From assembly GCA_905178155.1 (NCBI GenBank), contig CAJINV010000001.1:13328635-13392634 (forward strand): a stretch of DNA of 64,000 nucleotides. Reading direction: 5' to 3'. Positions 49,148 through 61,399 of this stretch are shown piece after piece (within the stretch, counting starts at the first letter, position 1; each line of letters begins with the position of its first letter). The position numbers and the translations under genes are program-made. Source of the stretch: Amoebophrya sp. A120. Taxonomy: Eukaryota; Protista; Dinoflagellata. The notes below the pieces were generated by a model, which was given only the letters and a program-made list of their open reading frames with translations, ran no database searches and was not told the origin of the DNA.

Positions 49148-51763
49148 TTATGGTTTTGGCTTTTTTGGGGGCCTTTGGAGTATCGTCTCGTCAACCTTCT
49201 TCACACTGCGTTCGGCGTCTCTTTTGAAAACAAAGACATCCTCTCCTATGCACGGTCCTGAGCCAGCTTGGTTTGAGATACACTCCGCAGTCCGTCGGTC
49301 GCGCGTGTCTTCGAGCGCGGCGCGCAGGACAGGAATCGCGCCGATGCGTCCTTCCCGAACGGCAAAAAACCGCGCGAAACGAAACATTCCGGAAATAGCG
49401 GCGGAGAACATACCGAAGATTCTACCCGACATCAGATACCCTGCAGCTTCTGCGAGCGCCGCACGCGTGAAGCTGGTGACGCCTTGCTGTTGACTGTCAT
49501 CGAGACCGCCGCCCTCCGCTACGAAATGGAGAAGCGCTCCAATCTCTCCGTATCCTGGTTTCACAGCGACCTGCTGCCAAAAAGTAGCCTGCAAAAAATC
49601 CCAGGCGGGAATGCCCAAAGGCTTCCCGTCCGACAGGCTGCACACCGCCCTGGGCTGCATTTCCTGTTTCCTTGTTATCGTCCCGTTTTTCGCGGTCGTT
49701 TCGGTCGTCACCCGCAGAGCGGGGCTGACGAAGCCCGGACCGGAGCTGAGTTCCATCCAAACGGACCGCCGGTAGTCCCAGCTCTGAAAGAGCTCGTCCA
49801 GAATGTAGCAGGTGTCCAGTGCGTGATCCGGGACGATCTGGTAGCGCCCATTTTTCCCCGTCTGCCCGGCGTTGTACTCTTTCTTCTCGAAGAGCATGTA
49901 GCCGAACCAGGAGTGGAACAGCTGCTCCAGATCGACGTCCGTCGGCCCCCGCGAGACTTTTCGGCCAGGCTCCCCCAGTAACGGACACACTTGTGCCGCG
50001 TGCGAAGTGACCACAACAGTGTGGAGTTTCGCATTGTGGTTTTTCTCAATGTACCGCTGCAGGTACCGCTCCGCACCGTAGGTCCTCTGGAAGGTTTCGC
50101 CAGGGTTACGGAAAAAGGATGTGGAGGAATCTTCGTGGCGTGGGCCCAGCGGGTAATTTTGGAACACCGCGGTCTTGATCAGAATGTCCACACGGAAATC
50201 GTCCATGCTTTTCACCACGTCGCTAATCTGAAGATTTTTACTTTGGCTTCGATTTTTCTCAACGGGCTATGAAAACCGGTCACCAGGATCAGTTGTACTG
50301 CTACAAAGACAATGAATGAAATGAATTCATTAGCTTTAAACGAGGTAGCTCGGAGCATCAGGTTTTCTGCTACTAAGCATGTACTCGCTGGTAATCTTCC
50401 TCTGCTCCAAAATCGTAGATAAAGCACTTCAGGCGTGTGAAATCGGGGCGAAGAATTGTGTGGATAATGGAGTCACACGCCGTCATCGAAGGCACGCCAA
50501 GGTAGAGCATTTTTGCACGCCCCCACTCAGATAACCATTTGGCCGTGTGGTAGCCCACACCGTGCGTTGCGTCAGTGACCAAGATATTGCGGCCCTGTAG
50601 TTGTTCGATAAATTCTTCTCGAACGATCATGCCGATTCTAAAAATCTTCTTGACATTTTCTGATTTGACAGAGAGGGATTCCATAGTGTAACGAAAAACA
50701 ACATACAACAGTACAACTTACGCCGAATTTCTGGTGCGTTTCATCGTAGGTTTCCAGAAACGCTTCTTCCAACGGCCTGTCCAGCACGGTTTGGGCAGCA
50801 AAGGTGAGCGCGATGGGTACCACTACAGCCGTCCAGTAGAGGAATCCTATGACGAACGAGCCCCGACACGCGATGTTTTTGACCGTCAGCTTTTTCTCAT
50901 TGGGCACGAGGTCCTGTGGCCGCAAAAGCAACGCCTTCACGTTGTGCGTTTTGGACATGTAAATTTCCGCTTCGAGTTCGCCCTTCCACCAACAATAGCT
51001 GGAGTAGTAATTCCACATGAAGGACACAACCACGACCGCGACGATAACACCGAGAGTACCCTGTGCCGTTTTGTCGACCGCCAGCGCATCGTCCGGGCGA
51101 CCAACTTGCACGTCCCGATTCCCGAAGTAGTGCTGGACAATGGCCACGTAGTAGTCAGGTCCGCGGAGAAACACAAAATACCCGACGGAGGCGAACAGCA
51201 ACGCGAGGTGCCGGGAGAGCCAAATCAGGTCGAAAAAGCACCGGAAATGACCGTCGCCAACGAGCACGAGGAAAAACGTGAAAAACAGCGTGAACAGGAA
51301 GCCAAGCATGAAATCGCCGAACCCCTACCAAATGCAAAAATGTCTGGGTCTGGAAAAATTCACGTTTGTCATGCTTGTCTGGCGTGACTCTTAAATCTGT
51401 CATGCACGTTCCCAAGAGCTCCGTTTTTCTGTGATGCAGAGGCACAGTTTGTCATGCAGAATAGGCAACACCTAGGAGCTCAGAAACTTGTCGTGCTGAG
51501 CCAGCATTCGTAGCCTCATCATGAGACGCTACCCAGCATCACAAGTTTCCAGACCCAGACATTTTTACTTTTGATAACCCCACACGCCAGACGAAATCCG
51601 GAGTAGCGTCCAGGACTGCCGCCGCCGCCGGCTGCCTTTTCGCCTGCGCAAGTAGGGAGTCCACCTGCTCTGGTAACGCGGAGAGCCGCTCGAGCAGCTG
51701 CTCCGACAAACCATTCAGGCTCAGCATCGGCGGCGCGCTGTTGGAACCGGTATCCAGTCCCAT
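49148..51763 (-). CDS. Multi-pass membrane protein with an SDR/Rossmann-like domain; contains introner E5
   Basis: Several hydrophobic helices in 50750-51309. GRNILVTDATHGVGYHTAKWL resembles the SDR Gly motif. E5 removal joins FVWRVG|FGDFMLGFLF. Confidence 0.65.
51326..51576. mobile_element. Introner E5 (family A): 251-bp TIR element
   Basis: TIR TACCAAATGCAAAAATGTCTGGGTCTGGAAA / TTTCCAGACCCAGACATTTTTACTTTTGATA. TSD ACCCC at 51321-51325 and 51577-51581. Colinear with E2. Confidence 0.93.
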
Positions 51764-52156
51764 GCTCCGCGGCACTCGTGGCTTCCTACGAGCGACGTTG
51801 AGGCAATTGCATTTTGACTTTCGTTGATACACCGTCAACACGAGGGTGATTCAAAAGCAAATCTAGAAGTAGAAACACACCAGAATACGCAGCAAAAATC
51901 TTGAACGAAATCGCTCTGAAATTACTCTCCGCAAGAAAACGAGTTGCACTTACACTTACTCACGACCGGTAGCACGGTCAACAAAAGAAAAGCACAATCT
52001 ATCAAAAGAAAATTTGTCAATATGCGTACAAGCCAGCTCCATCGAACAAAGCAGCGAAAGTAGTGGTGATTTGTAAGTATTTGATTCCTTATTTTTCATT
52101 TGTTTTTTTTTTCGTGTCGCCAATTAGTTGTGAGTATGACAAGTCAACAGAGTTTT

Positions 52157-53933
52157 TCACAGTTCCAAGCTGGCCACTTGTTCTCTAACATTTTGAACTA
52201 CGGCAAGGGCGGTTATTTCGTTCCTCAAAAGTTTGCCGAGCCAGTCGTACTTTTTGAAATTCTCCTCTCCTACAGAAGAAAACTCGATTTCCGCCTCAAT
52301 GCCTGCGTGTTGCTGTGGCCTACTTCTACCACCCAGCGGCGTAGGCTTGCCGACGTTGTCCCTCTGATAGGCGTACGCGCACAATCCCACGGTGGCCTGC
52401 TCCTGGTGATGACTATTTGCCCCCTCCTCATGCTGCAAACGAAAGCGGAGCGAGACTTCTTTGCGCTCCGGGCCCCGGATAGACACGCACACCTGCACGT
52501 TGTCGCGAATCAGGACGACGTCGCGGCGCTCCTTTTTGGTCGGCTCGGCGGAGTCCCGTGGCGCGATCACCGCCTCCTCCACGCTCTGCAGCACCGAGCA
52601 GTCGATATCCGGGTCGTATCCCTGTTCTGGTAGGATGGCGAACCGACTACGAATCGCTTCCAGCGGGGCCGGCAGGATGGTCTGGTGCGGTGGCAGTTCG
52701 TGGTCACCGGGGAGGTGCTGCTGCTGCTCGAGAATAGTACCCGCATCCAGCATCTCCACGTCACCTGTGTTGTGCTCCATACCCTGCAGCACGACGGCGC
52801 TGCTCTTTCGGCTGCCCGGTTCATTCGAGGGCTGCAGTCCGGGACTAGCGGCGGGACCGCCCTGGTCCGCTGTCTTACGCTGCTCCAGGATCTTCCTAAT
52901 GGAGGCCTGGGCCTTCTCTACCTCCAGCGTTTTCGCTTCGCCCTGCTCCTTCCATTTGGAAAGCTCCTCCGCCGCTTTGTTGCGGACATCCTGTGGTGGT
53001 ACGTCATTACGAATTCGTCATTGGTACGTGGTACGTGATAGTGTATCGAATTCGTCATTGCGTCGTTTGTCGTCTAAGAACATATTTTGTTACCAGGTCA
53101 AGATTCTGTAGCGCACTCTTCACAGAGATAGAAACTTTTGTCGAGATAAATGCACTATAAAAAAATGTACCTTCTTTCCTTTCAACTGCGCCTCGAGTAT
53201 CGTTCGCTGGTCGTGCTCATAGGCCATGTGGTGGAGCCGGTACAGGGTGGAGTTCGGATCCAGTCCTCGGTCCAGCAACTCCTGCCGCTGCGGCCACTCG
53301 TCTTCCGGAATCAAATCCACCGGCGTTTCCGGGTCGGGCACCCCGGCGTGAAGGATTTGCTGCATAAACAGACCCTCCTCATACAAGTCGTTCTCGTGCT
53401 GTTTTTATGTTCGATTTTGACGACTTTGCAGAAGAAGTTGCGAGAGTGCATACAGTGTTGATAGATGTTGACCAAATTCTACATAGACTACAAAATTCGC
53501 TCCCTTTCGCTGCATCAAGTGATCAGTTCCTCAAAAAGAAAAACTCAAATTTATTCACAAATCCGAAATAAAACTGTACCCTTCTCCTCAATTCGTGCAC
53601 CGGGTCCTTTGTGGTTAGTTCTGTTTTGATGTCGTCGATTTGTTTTCGCATGAAGGAGTTTGCTTGCCGGAGCCGACTCAGCTGGAACTGGAGTTCCTCG
53701 TACTTGTCGGCAAAAGCCTCTGCCTCATCTTCCAACACGTGCTTCCCGCACAAATCTCGCAGCTCTTTCACCGCGTCCCGGGCGTGCGCCTGGGCAGAGG
53801 CGAACCGGGCGCAGAGCGTTTCCGCGTCCTCGAGCTCCTCGACTTGGAGTCGTTGCTTTAAATCCTGCTCATATTGGTCGAGCGTCATGGGCATGCCGGC
53901 GGCATTGAACTGCCCACCACCGTTGCCCCACAT
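52157..53933 (-). CDS. Hypothetical coiled-coil protein (about three exons)
   Basis: GC-rich ORF pieces 53523-53933, 53120-53386 and 52157-52990, separated by AT-rich intron-like gaps with GT donors. Confidence 0.6.
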
Positions 53934-54937
53934 GGCTTGTTGTATATTGGTGCGTGTGGTGCTGGTGTCGTGCGTGTCTTACAAAATACGGCGGAGCACA
54001 ATGTGAAATGGAATCTGTGTCATTCTTACTTTTCTGCGAGCGTGGTACTGCTACGTACTAGTTGTACATCGCTGACGAGAGGGCTGCTCCTTATTTGTAG
54101 GTTGTCCATCGTATAAAAAAAATAGAATGTTGTTGTTTTTGTCGCTGTAAAGGTAAACGAAGAGAGAAGTAAAGGAGAAGTCTTCCAGTAGTTATTCGGC
54201 GTCTTTACACGGGGGTGGAATTTTGTGGAAACCATGTTGATCTTGTCAACCCATGTTGATCTTGCGCACAGGTGGAAATGTTATCATGATCTTCTCTGTT
54301 CAGAAGCATCTGAGTGCCAAGAGCAGGAGAAGGAGATGGATCCTCGCATATGCATCATGAATATGCAAAATCCATAGAGTCGGAGCTACGAGCAAAATCA
54401 GGATCTTCCGCGTTTTCGCGTTCGTTGGTAGATTCCTCACAACATTCAGTGAACAAACATGAGCGTCAGCAACACCAGAAATAGTGCGATGGCCTCGGAA
54501 GACAAATACTTCGTGTTGAATCTACTTGCTTCTTAACCGTCATTTCTCCGAGTCGGTGAGCTCTCGTGGCAAAAAAAAACCGGCGCAGATGAGATAGAGA
54601 TACCATGTACTTACACCACTGGAAAAAATGCTGTCTTACAAATAGAAACATAATCGTCCGGAAGAAAACGAACTAGATGCTGTATATGGGTCGAAATGCA
54701 ACTCAAGATTGATTGATACTAGTTCGAAGGGCGGGAAACAGGATCGTATGAAAATGCCATAGTACATGAATGAAAAACTTCTTCTTATCCCTATGTGTGG
54801 TTGGTACAGATACAGATACGAACGAGGTGTGCATGATTTGGCAAGAGTCACGGCGAAGGACGAGCAGGGGAGGCATCAGCTCGTTCAATCTACCGATCCG
54901 GGTGTCGTGCAAAGCAACTCCCGTCAGTGCCAGAGTT

Positions 54938-55714
54938 TCATGCTTTTGTGTGTCTCCGGCCGGAAGACCGGGCAGAGGTCGAGTCGCTCCGGGCGCTGAT
55001 CATTGCAGGTTCTTTGTGCGTCAGTGTTGTAATCGTTTCTCCGTTTTCCATGAGCTCTCGCCCCACGTGTGGTCGCATGTCAGTTGGCATGGTGCCCCGA
55101 CCTGACAGCGCGCGCATCCCGCCCAACTCTGTAAAGCGCACCTGCCGCCACTCCTGCCTGTAGATTTTTTGCGATTACTACATCCTTGCAAATGTCGCTA
55201 CGTGCCGAATTTTCATTTAAGATGAGACAGCAAAAGACGCACATAGATATATCATCGTCGTGGGATTATCCATCATAGGCTGAAGAAAACTGAATATAGA
55301 ATACTCGTTCGAGTAGCATCCTCGCTCCTTCTGCACATTTTGCAACTTAGACGCGCGCTCGTAGCGTCGGTTGTGGTGGTTGATTCGGTCCCCCCGCCCT
55401 GCGATGGTGGGCCAGGAGGGCAGGCCGGCCACGCGGATGCAGTTTTGCAACCGCGGCCCGTTGTAGGCGCGCCACCGGGCCTCGTCGTTGTAGCCGAGGT
55501 GGTCCCGGTACTCCGTGCTGACGTGAAAAGCGCGGTACCGCGGAGCGTAGTCCAGTACGCGCATGTCACACCCGTCGATCCCGCTGGTCACCGTGCGGAA
55601 ATCGTGTCTGCACGGGTGCGCCGGGTGATCCCGCATCTCCTGCTTCGTAACCTCCCGACGCAGGTTCAAGTACTGCACAGGGCTGTGCCCCGACATGTAC
55701 GGAAGTTCGGCCAT
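54938..55714 (-). CDS. Hypothetical two-exon protein
   Basis: GC-rich exon 1 (MAELPYMSGHSPVQY...CYSNE) spliced GT-AG to QEWRQVRFTELGGMR...HTKA*. Confidence 0.6.
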
Positions 55715-57507
55715 GTTAACAGGGAAAGATGGGAAGTAGATGAAGAAAGAACAAAAACGCGAATCGACTCGAAACTCTGTTAGTGTCTGCTAGAAAGATA
55801 GTATTGAAAAAAAGTAGGGATAAACTTAATATTTTTGGGTGTTTTTTTTGGGGTTCGTTAGTTTTGGAGGCGACGAAACGATTCGCCGTTTTCTCCTTGG
55901 CGTGAAGCCACTGTTGTTGGAAATGGAATAGTCATTTGATGTGCAAAGAAATTGTATGCAGTCTTAAAAGCAGCAGAAATGATGTCGACAAGACGAGATA
56001 AACAACGACGACGAATCACTGGAAATTCACCATGACCGTACTCAATTGAAGCACCGAGACTTCGCCTCACAAAACCGACACAACCAAGCGAGAGGTCGGC
56101 TATTGACAGACCTAAATGCAAACCGATATGGAAATTTAAATCAAACCGAATTCTCAATACACGCCAAGGCCAGGCCTCTACCGACTACGATGCGAGAATC
56201 ACAAGTACCGAAAATGCAAGAACTAATCTATCTGGAACGAAAAGAACCGAGGTTAGAGTACTCACATACCGATGGATTTTGACAAATTCGGGAACTGTAC
56301 GCGACAAAGCAAGTGGCACGGTCATTAGCGGCAGCCATCATCAGAGTATCTTTCCGGAACGCAAAAATGCTAGCCCCCTGCTGCATATTCACAATGAATA
56401 TGCTGCTGCTGCTACTGCATGGAGCACGACAAGGTATTCTGTTTACCAAGCTCAGGAAATTTTTACTGAAACGGCTGCAGGTCATGTCATAGCTGGAAAT
56501 CTCCGCGCGTGGGTCTGAACGAAACAAACAAAGCCCATATGGTAGATACTCATAAACCGCATATATTCCATTTTCTGGCGCATGTATTTCGCTTGCGTAT
56601 ATCATCACGTAGTTGTTGTATTGCTGTGAACTAGTAACATTTTTGGTTTATTCCGTAATCAAATTACTTTTTTTGGTGGTGTCACGAGTGCAAGTGCAGG
56701 ACGAAAAGAAGCAAGTACACGAAAATGTAGGGTGTCACGAAAAAAAGGTGGATCACATACTTCGGAAAGTAAGTTGTACATCAAGTAGAAGCGATGGATA
56801 ACAATCGTCTAGCTACATATTTCAAACTCTCCTCTGCCACATTTATTACCACTAAATTAAAGTACACGTTACTCTGTCTTTAGCATTTGCTATGCGCAAA
56901 ACGATGCAAGACCATCGGAGCGCGCGGACGCGACTCTGATAATGTGAGCCGAGTCCTGCGCTTAGACACGCCTTGGGTGGAAAATCTGTAGTGACAGCTA
57001 GACACACTATTGGTTTCATCTGCACAAGCTGTTTGATGGCACATTGTTTTTTCTCTCCCCTCAGTCACACATCCGTACCGCTCATTAGACACTGTGGGCG
57101 TCGTTTGCAGTACTTGTTCAGGTATAGTTTGTTCTATCTCCGAGATACAACTCAGATCATGTGAGCATCATAAATTGTGATGGTGGAAAATAGTTCCAGC
57201 GAGAAGCACTGCAACTGACGACATGATAGTAATTACTAGTACTGCCCTATCTTACACTAGTTCGGCACACCAAAAGAGGTGTGCTTTCATGCGTTTTGTC
57301 AAGTCAAAAATGTCCGTACCTGTGCTAGCTCAAGATATGTGCTCGGGAAGAAACACAATAAGTAGCTGCATAGATAGGCATAGAGTGGCGCTTCTTAAAA
57401 TTTACAAAGTGAGAGTGTAGGATATTCAAGCCGCTGTTCGTTTTTGTGGCGAACTTGTCGTCATTGTTGGCAATGACATGATGATGACGATCCATGGCAG
57501 TACTGTG

Positions 57508-59570
57508 TCAGAATTGCTTTTCGGTAACTCCGGCGCCCATGATTGAAGTTGAGCTCTTGCCCGCGGTGACGGCGCCCAGCTGCGCATCGATCAGCTCTGA
57601 ACCGGACCACTTCTGGTGGGTCAGCGTGCTAACCCCCTCCTTGCGCTCGGAGCGCTGGATCTGCGTCACGTATGCCAGCATCTCGTCCTCCTTGTAGGCG
57701 CGGGCGAATCGGGTAATTCCCAGCGCGTCTGAGTGAAACCCGGCCAGGGTGATGAACTGCCAGCAGAAACCCATCTTGGCCAGGGCGGAAATGTACGTAC
57801 GCATCTCCTCGTCTGACAACCCAGAGGCGTCCCAGTTGAAGCTCGGACTTTGGTTGTACGCCTGTAGAAATGAAGTTAAACATGAGGAAAATCCTCATTG
57901 AATTTCCATTTGTTGTGATTCTGCTCTCGGTATGCGCAGCAATCCCGAACAAGAATATCAACGACTTGCAATGAAAATTGTTCCTATCTATACCAGCATG
58001 AGATGCGGGAGGGTGGCAGACACGTCGGCCGCGAAATCCTTTGCCTGCTGCACGCCAGGCTTTGCGGTTTCCATCCACACGATGTCTGCAACTTTTCCGA
58101 AGGCCTTCGCGCGCTCGGAGCACATCTTGGTACCGCCCTGGATCTGGTAGTAACCTGGAAAAATTTTGTCCGCAGAAATCATTATAGAGCAATGGAAAAT
58201 CTTCGTTCTCATCCCCTCAATGCGACTAGAAACATAAAATCCCGTCCGTATCATGAGTTCTTGCAAGCCTCCCCGTCACAGTACCTTCCACCACCCTCGG
58301 CGCCTCCCAATCGAAGAACGGATCCCCCGCCCCGAGTTTCTTTGCCAGCGCTTTCAAGTCCGGGAGCGAGAGCTGGTAGCACTTGCTGTCCCACTCCTTC
58401 ACCTTGTTTGCATCCCCAGCGAGTTTTTCGCGGATCAGCGTCGGGTAGGTCTTCGCCTGCGCGCGCTTCATCCAGTCCTTGTCCGTACCCTTGGCCGTGG
58501 CCTCCCGCAAGGACTCCACATTCGACACCGTCGCGCCGAGGATGAAGGGGTGGTCGCGCCCGTCCACGTTGGAGTCCAGTAATGTCGCGGCGTCCGCGTC
58601 CGTGCGGGCGACGATTAGCAGTGGGCACCGCATCACGTCGGCCTGCAGCCGGGCCGCGATTACCCGCTGGCAGTGCTCCGACACGGGGACAAGTACTTTG
58701 CCGCCCATGTGCCCGCACTTTTTCGTGCCCGGCTTCTGGTCCTCGAGGTGGATCCCTGCCGCGCCATTCTCGATGAACATCTTGGTTAGCTTCATGACCG
58801 CCGTCAGGCCCCCGTGCCCGGTGTCCGCGTCCGCGATGATGGGCAGCATGTAGTCCACCGCCGGGTTCTTCGCGCGCCACTCCGGCGTCTGGCGCATGCG
58901 GAACTCGAACTGCTTCCGGTCGTGAAACACCTGTGCCTTGTACAGCTGATCCACTTTGTTCGGCACCGTGTCCATGGGGTAGTCCGCGAGATCCGGGCCT
59001 GGTTCGTTGCTCGTGCTCGCGGTGGAGGAACTCTGCCAGCCGCTTACGTAGACCGAACTGAGCCCGGCCTCCGCCATCTGCACCACCTGCACCGGGTCCA
59101 GCGCCCCAAACGTGTGCGACATCTTGCCCTTCTCCCGGTGGTCGCGCAGCAGCGTGTACAGCTTCGCGGCACTGGTGGCAGAAGGGTAGTTGGGGAGTTC
59201 CTGTCGGGTACCCTGAAACCGGGTCACTTCCGCGGGACCAAACCTGGTTATTAGAAGAGCTGGGATTTCGTATCTTTACTTTTAATGGCGACAACTGGGG
59301 TGATGCGCTTGTAGTTGCGAACAAAACTACAGAAAAGTTCATGACTAGTATGCATCAATTCCGCGGTCCAATTTCCATCACTAACTGTAACTACCCACCA
59401 AGTAATGCAAATGTAAGAAAGTAGTACGGTCTTTCCACGTATTGGAAGCGTTTGGATGACATGAAGGCCTCATTCTTCGCTTTTCGCTGTTCGAAAAAGG
59501 CCATCTCCGAGTCGCCCGACTTCCCCGCATTGACATGCGAGGCGATTGTGGCCGCACGGTTTTCTGCCAT
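57508..59570 (-). CDS. ICL: Isocitrate lyase (long, eukaryotic type), four exons
   Basis: Catalytic KKCGHMGGK, plus [59 protein letters not shown] and THQKWSG. Three GT-AG introns. Confidence 0.97.
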
Positions 59571-60765
59571 CCTCGGTTTTTACAAATTAGACTGTGTCTT
59601 ATCTTGCTGCTCGTCGGTCATAGGAATTTTATGTTCCAAATTTACCTGCTGCTTCATGAGGTTGTTGTTGGCGTTTTTTGACAAGTGCAATTGCAATAGC
59701 AGTTACAAGAGAAAAATAGATAACGTGTAGTCAATAAAGACGGTCGGAGGACTCCTCCGAGAAAAAAGGCAGCAGACGCCTTAGATGCAGAAGAAGAAGC
59801 AACTACGCGCTCTTTGAAAAGTAGAGTGCGAACGGTATAGCTACAAGTTGCCGTTTGTCTTCGTTCCCTCAAAGTATAGTGACTCACTCGAAGTTTCAGT
59901 CCGCTAGCGAACGTATAGACTGCTCACTAGAAGACACTGAAGGGAGGATGTTGTCTGAAGTTCAAAAAAGTAAGATAGCAGTAGTGGTAAGAGTTGTATG
60001 TCGCAACTACGAGCGAGCAGCAGCACGGTAAGTGATTCTGAAACAGAACCACTGTGTTAATATTTTCCTGGAATAACAATGAGGGGGGAACTCTACGGCC
60101 CCACGCTGCTCTCTCCAAAACTTAAACTGCAAATGCTAATGCTTGAATGAGAAGGAGAACTCCGGTCATTAAACTTGTAGTTTACGATGTCAAAATTGCC
60201 TGCAATTGCACGAAGGAGCGCAGCACCAAAACACAAAAGGATTTTTTCAACTAAAAGCCGACAAGAAGCACTTGCTTTAGCGAAACGACAATGTTTGACA
60301 TTTCGCGGCGAACCAAAAACCGATGCGGTACGAATTACCGAGAATATGTTCGCGCTTTCGAGAGCGTCAATACCGAAGTGGGACAGCACGCAGGTTCAAA
60401 CAACCAAGATGAAGATATAAGAACAACCACACTCGTTGACAACGCCGCTAGGTCCTTCCTCGTGCGTCCGTGGCGAAGTGCAAATTGTTTTTCGCTTTCC
60501 TAACTTCTATCTCGCGTGGAGTTGCCAAAAAAAAACCATTCACATCGGAGATCGAAACAAGGGGAATTCAAAACACAATGAAGCGCAAGCGAAGCTTGAA
60601 TTTTCAAAACATAAACAAGAGCTTTCTCTTATGAATTGTTCTTCGCTAAGAATGGAGAGACACGATCTGGCAGCGGAATAGGGAAGGTCAAATAGAGAAC
60701 AAAATCAAACAGTGGGTGCTTTAGGAATGTAATCACGAACGCGAGGAAGTGCCATAAATTTCTTA

Positions 60766-61399
60766 TCATGACCTCTTATCCGTGTCCATGCCTTGCTTCA
60801 TACGGTTGATTTGGTCGGCCAAAAAATCTTCGATTTTCCGCATCCGCATCTCGTGGTCGGTGGCTACCATGCTGGTTTCGCGGGCTAACCCGTCGACCAC
60901 ATCCTCCACGCGATTGAGCCTTTGGTGGTGGACCTCGATTGCAATCATCTCGCGCTGTTCATCGGCCTGCTGAGACAGTGCAGCCTGCAGCAAAGCCTGC
61001 CCCATGCCGGCAGGTGCTGTTGTATCGTTGGGTAAAAATAAAATTCTTGCAGCACCGAGCTGATTTCACAAACGGATTTGTTGCTGCAACGGGAATCAAA
61101 ACGAGAAACCATAACCGAAAGGCGAAAGCTAAAGACAGGATCAGGACCTCCTGGAAGCAAAAATATAATTGGAAACACAAGCAAAAAAGTATTATACTTG
61201 GTGGCGCCATTGCGAGGTTTGCGGGCAAGGGTGAGGCGTAGGCGGCTGGCGAGTTCACGAAGGGCTGCGGCGAAAGAGGATAGTTCGCTTGCGGAACCGT
61301 CAATGCGTTGCCGAATGCCGTGTTCCCGAAACCTGGCATGTTGGTCCGCATGGGGGAACCTCCGACAAGCGGGTCGTAGCTGCCAAAAGGCGAGGACAT
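60766..61399 (-). CDS. Small hypothetical protein (Pro-rich N-terminus, coiled-coil C-terminus; two exons)
   Basis: MSSPFGSYDPLVGG...AMAPP, then an AT-rich intron, then MGQALLQAALSQQ...HEMRMRKIEDFL. Confidence 0.55.

Noticed and set aside
4814-51576. Recurring 30-bp sequence as a possible CRISPR repeat
   Set aside because: Copies occur as inverted pairs flanked by TSDs and are dispersed, not as direct repeats with spacers; no cas genes; eukaryotic context.
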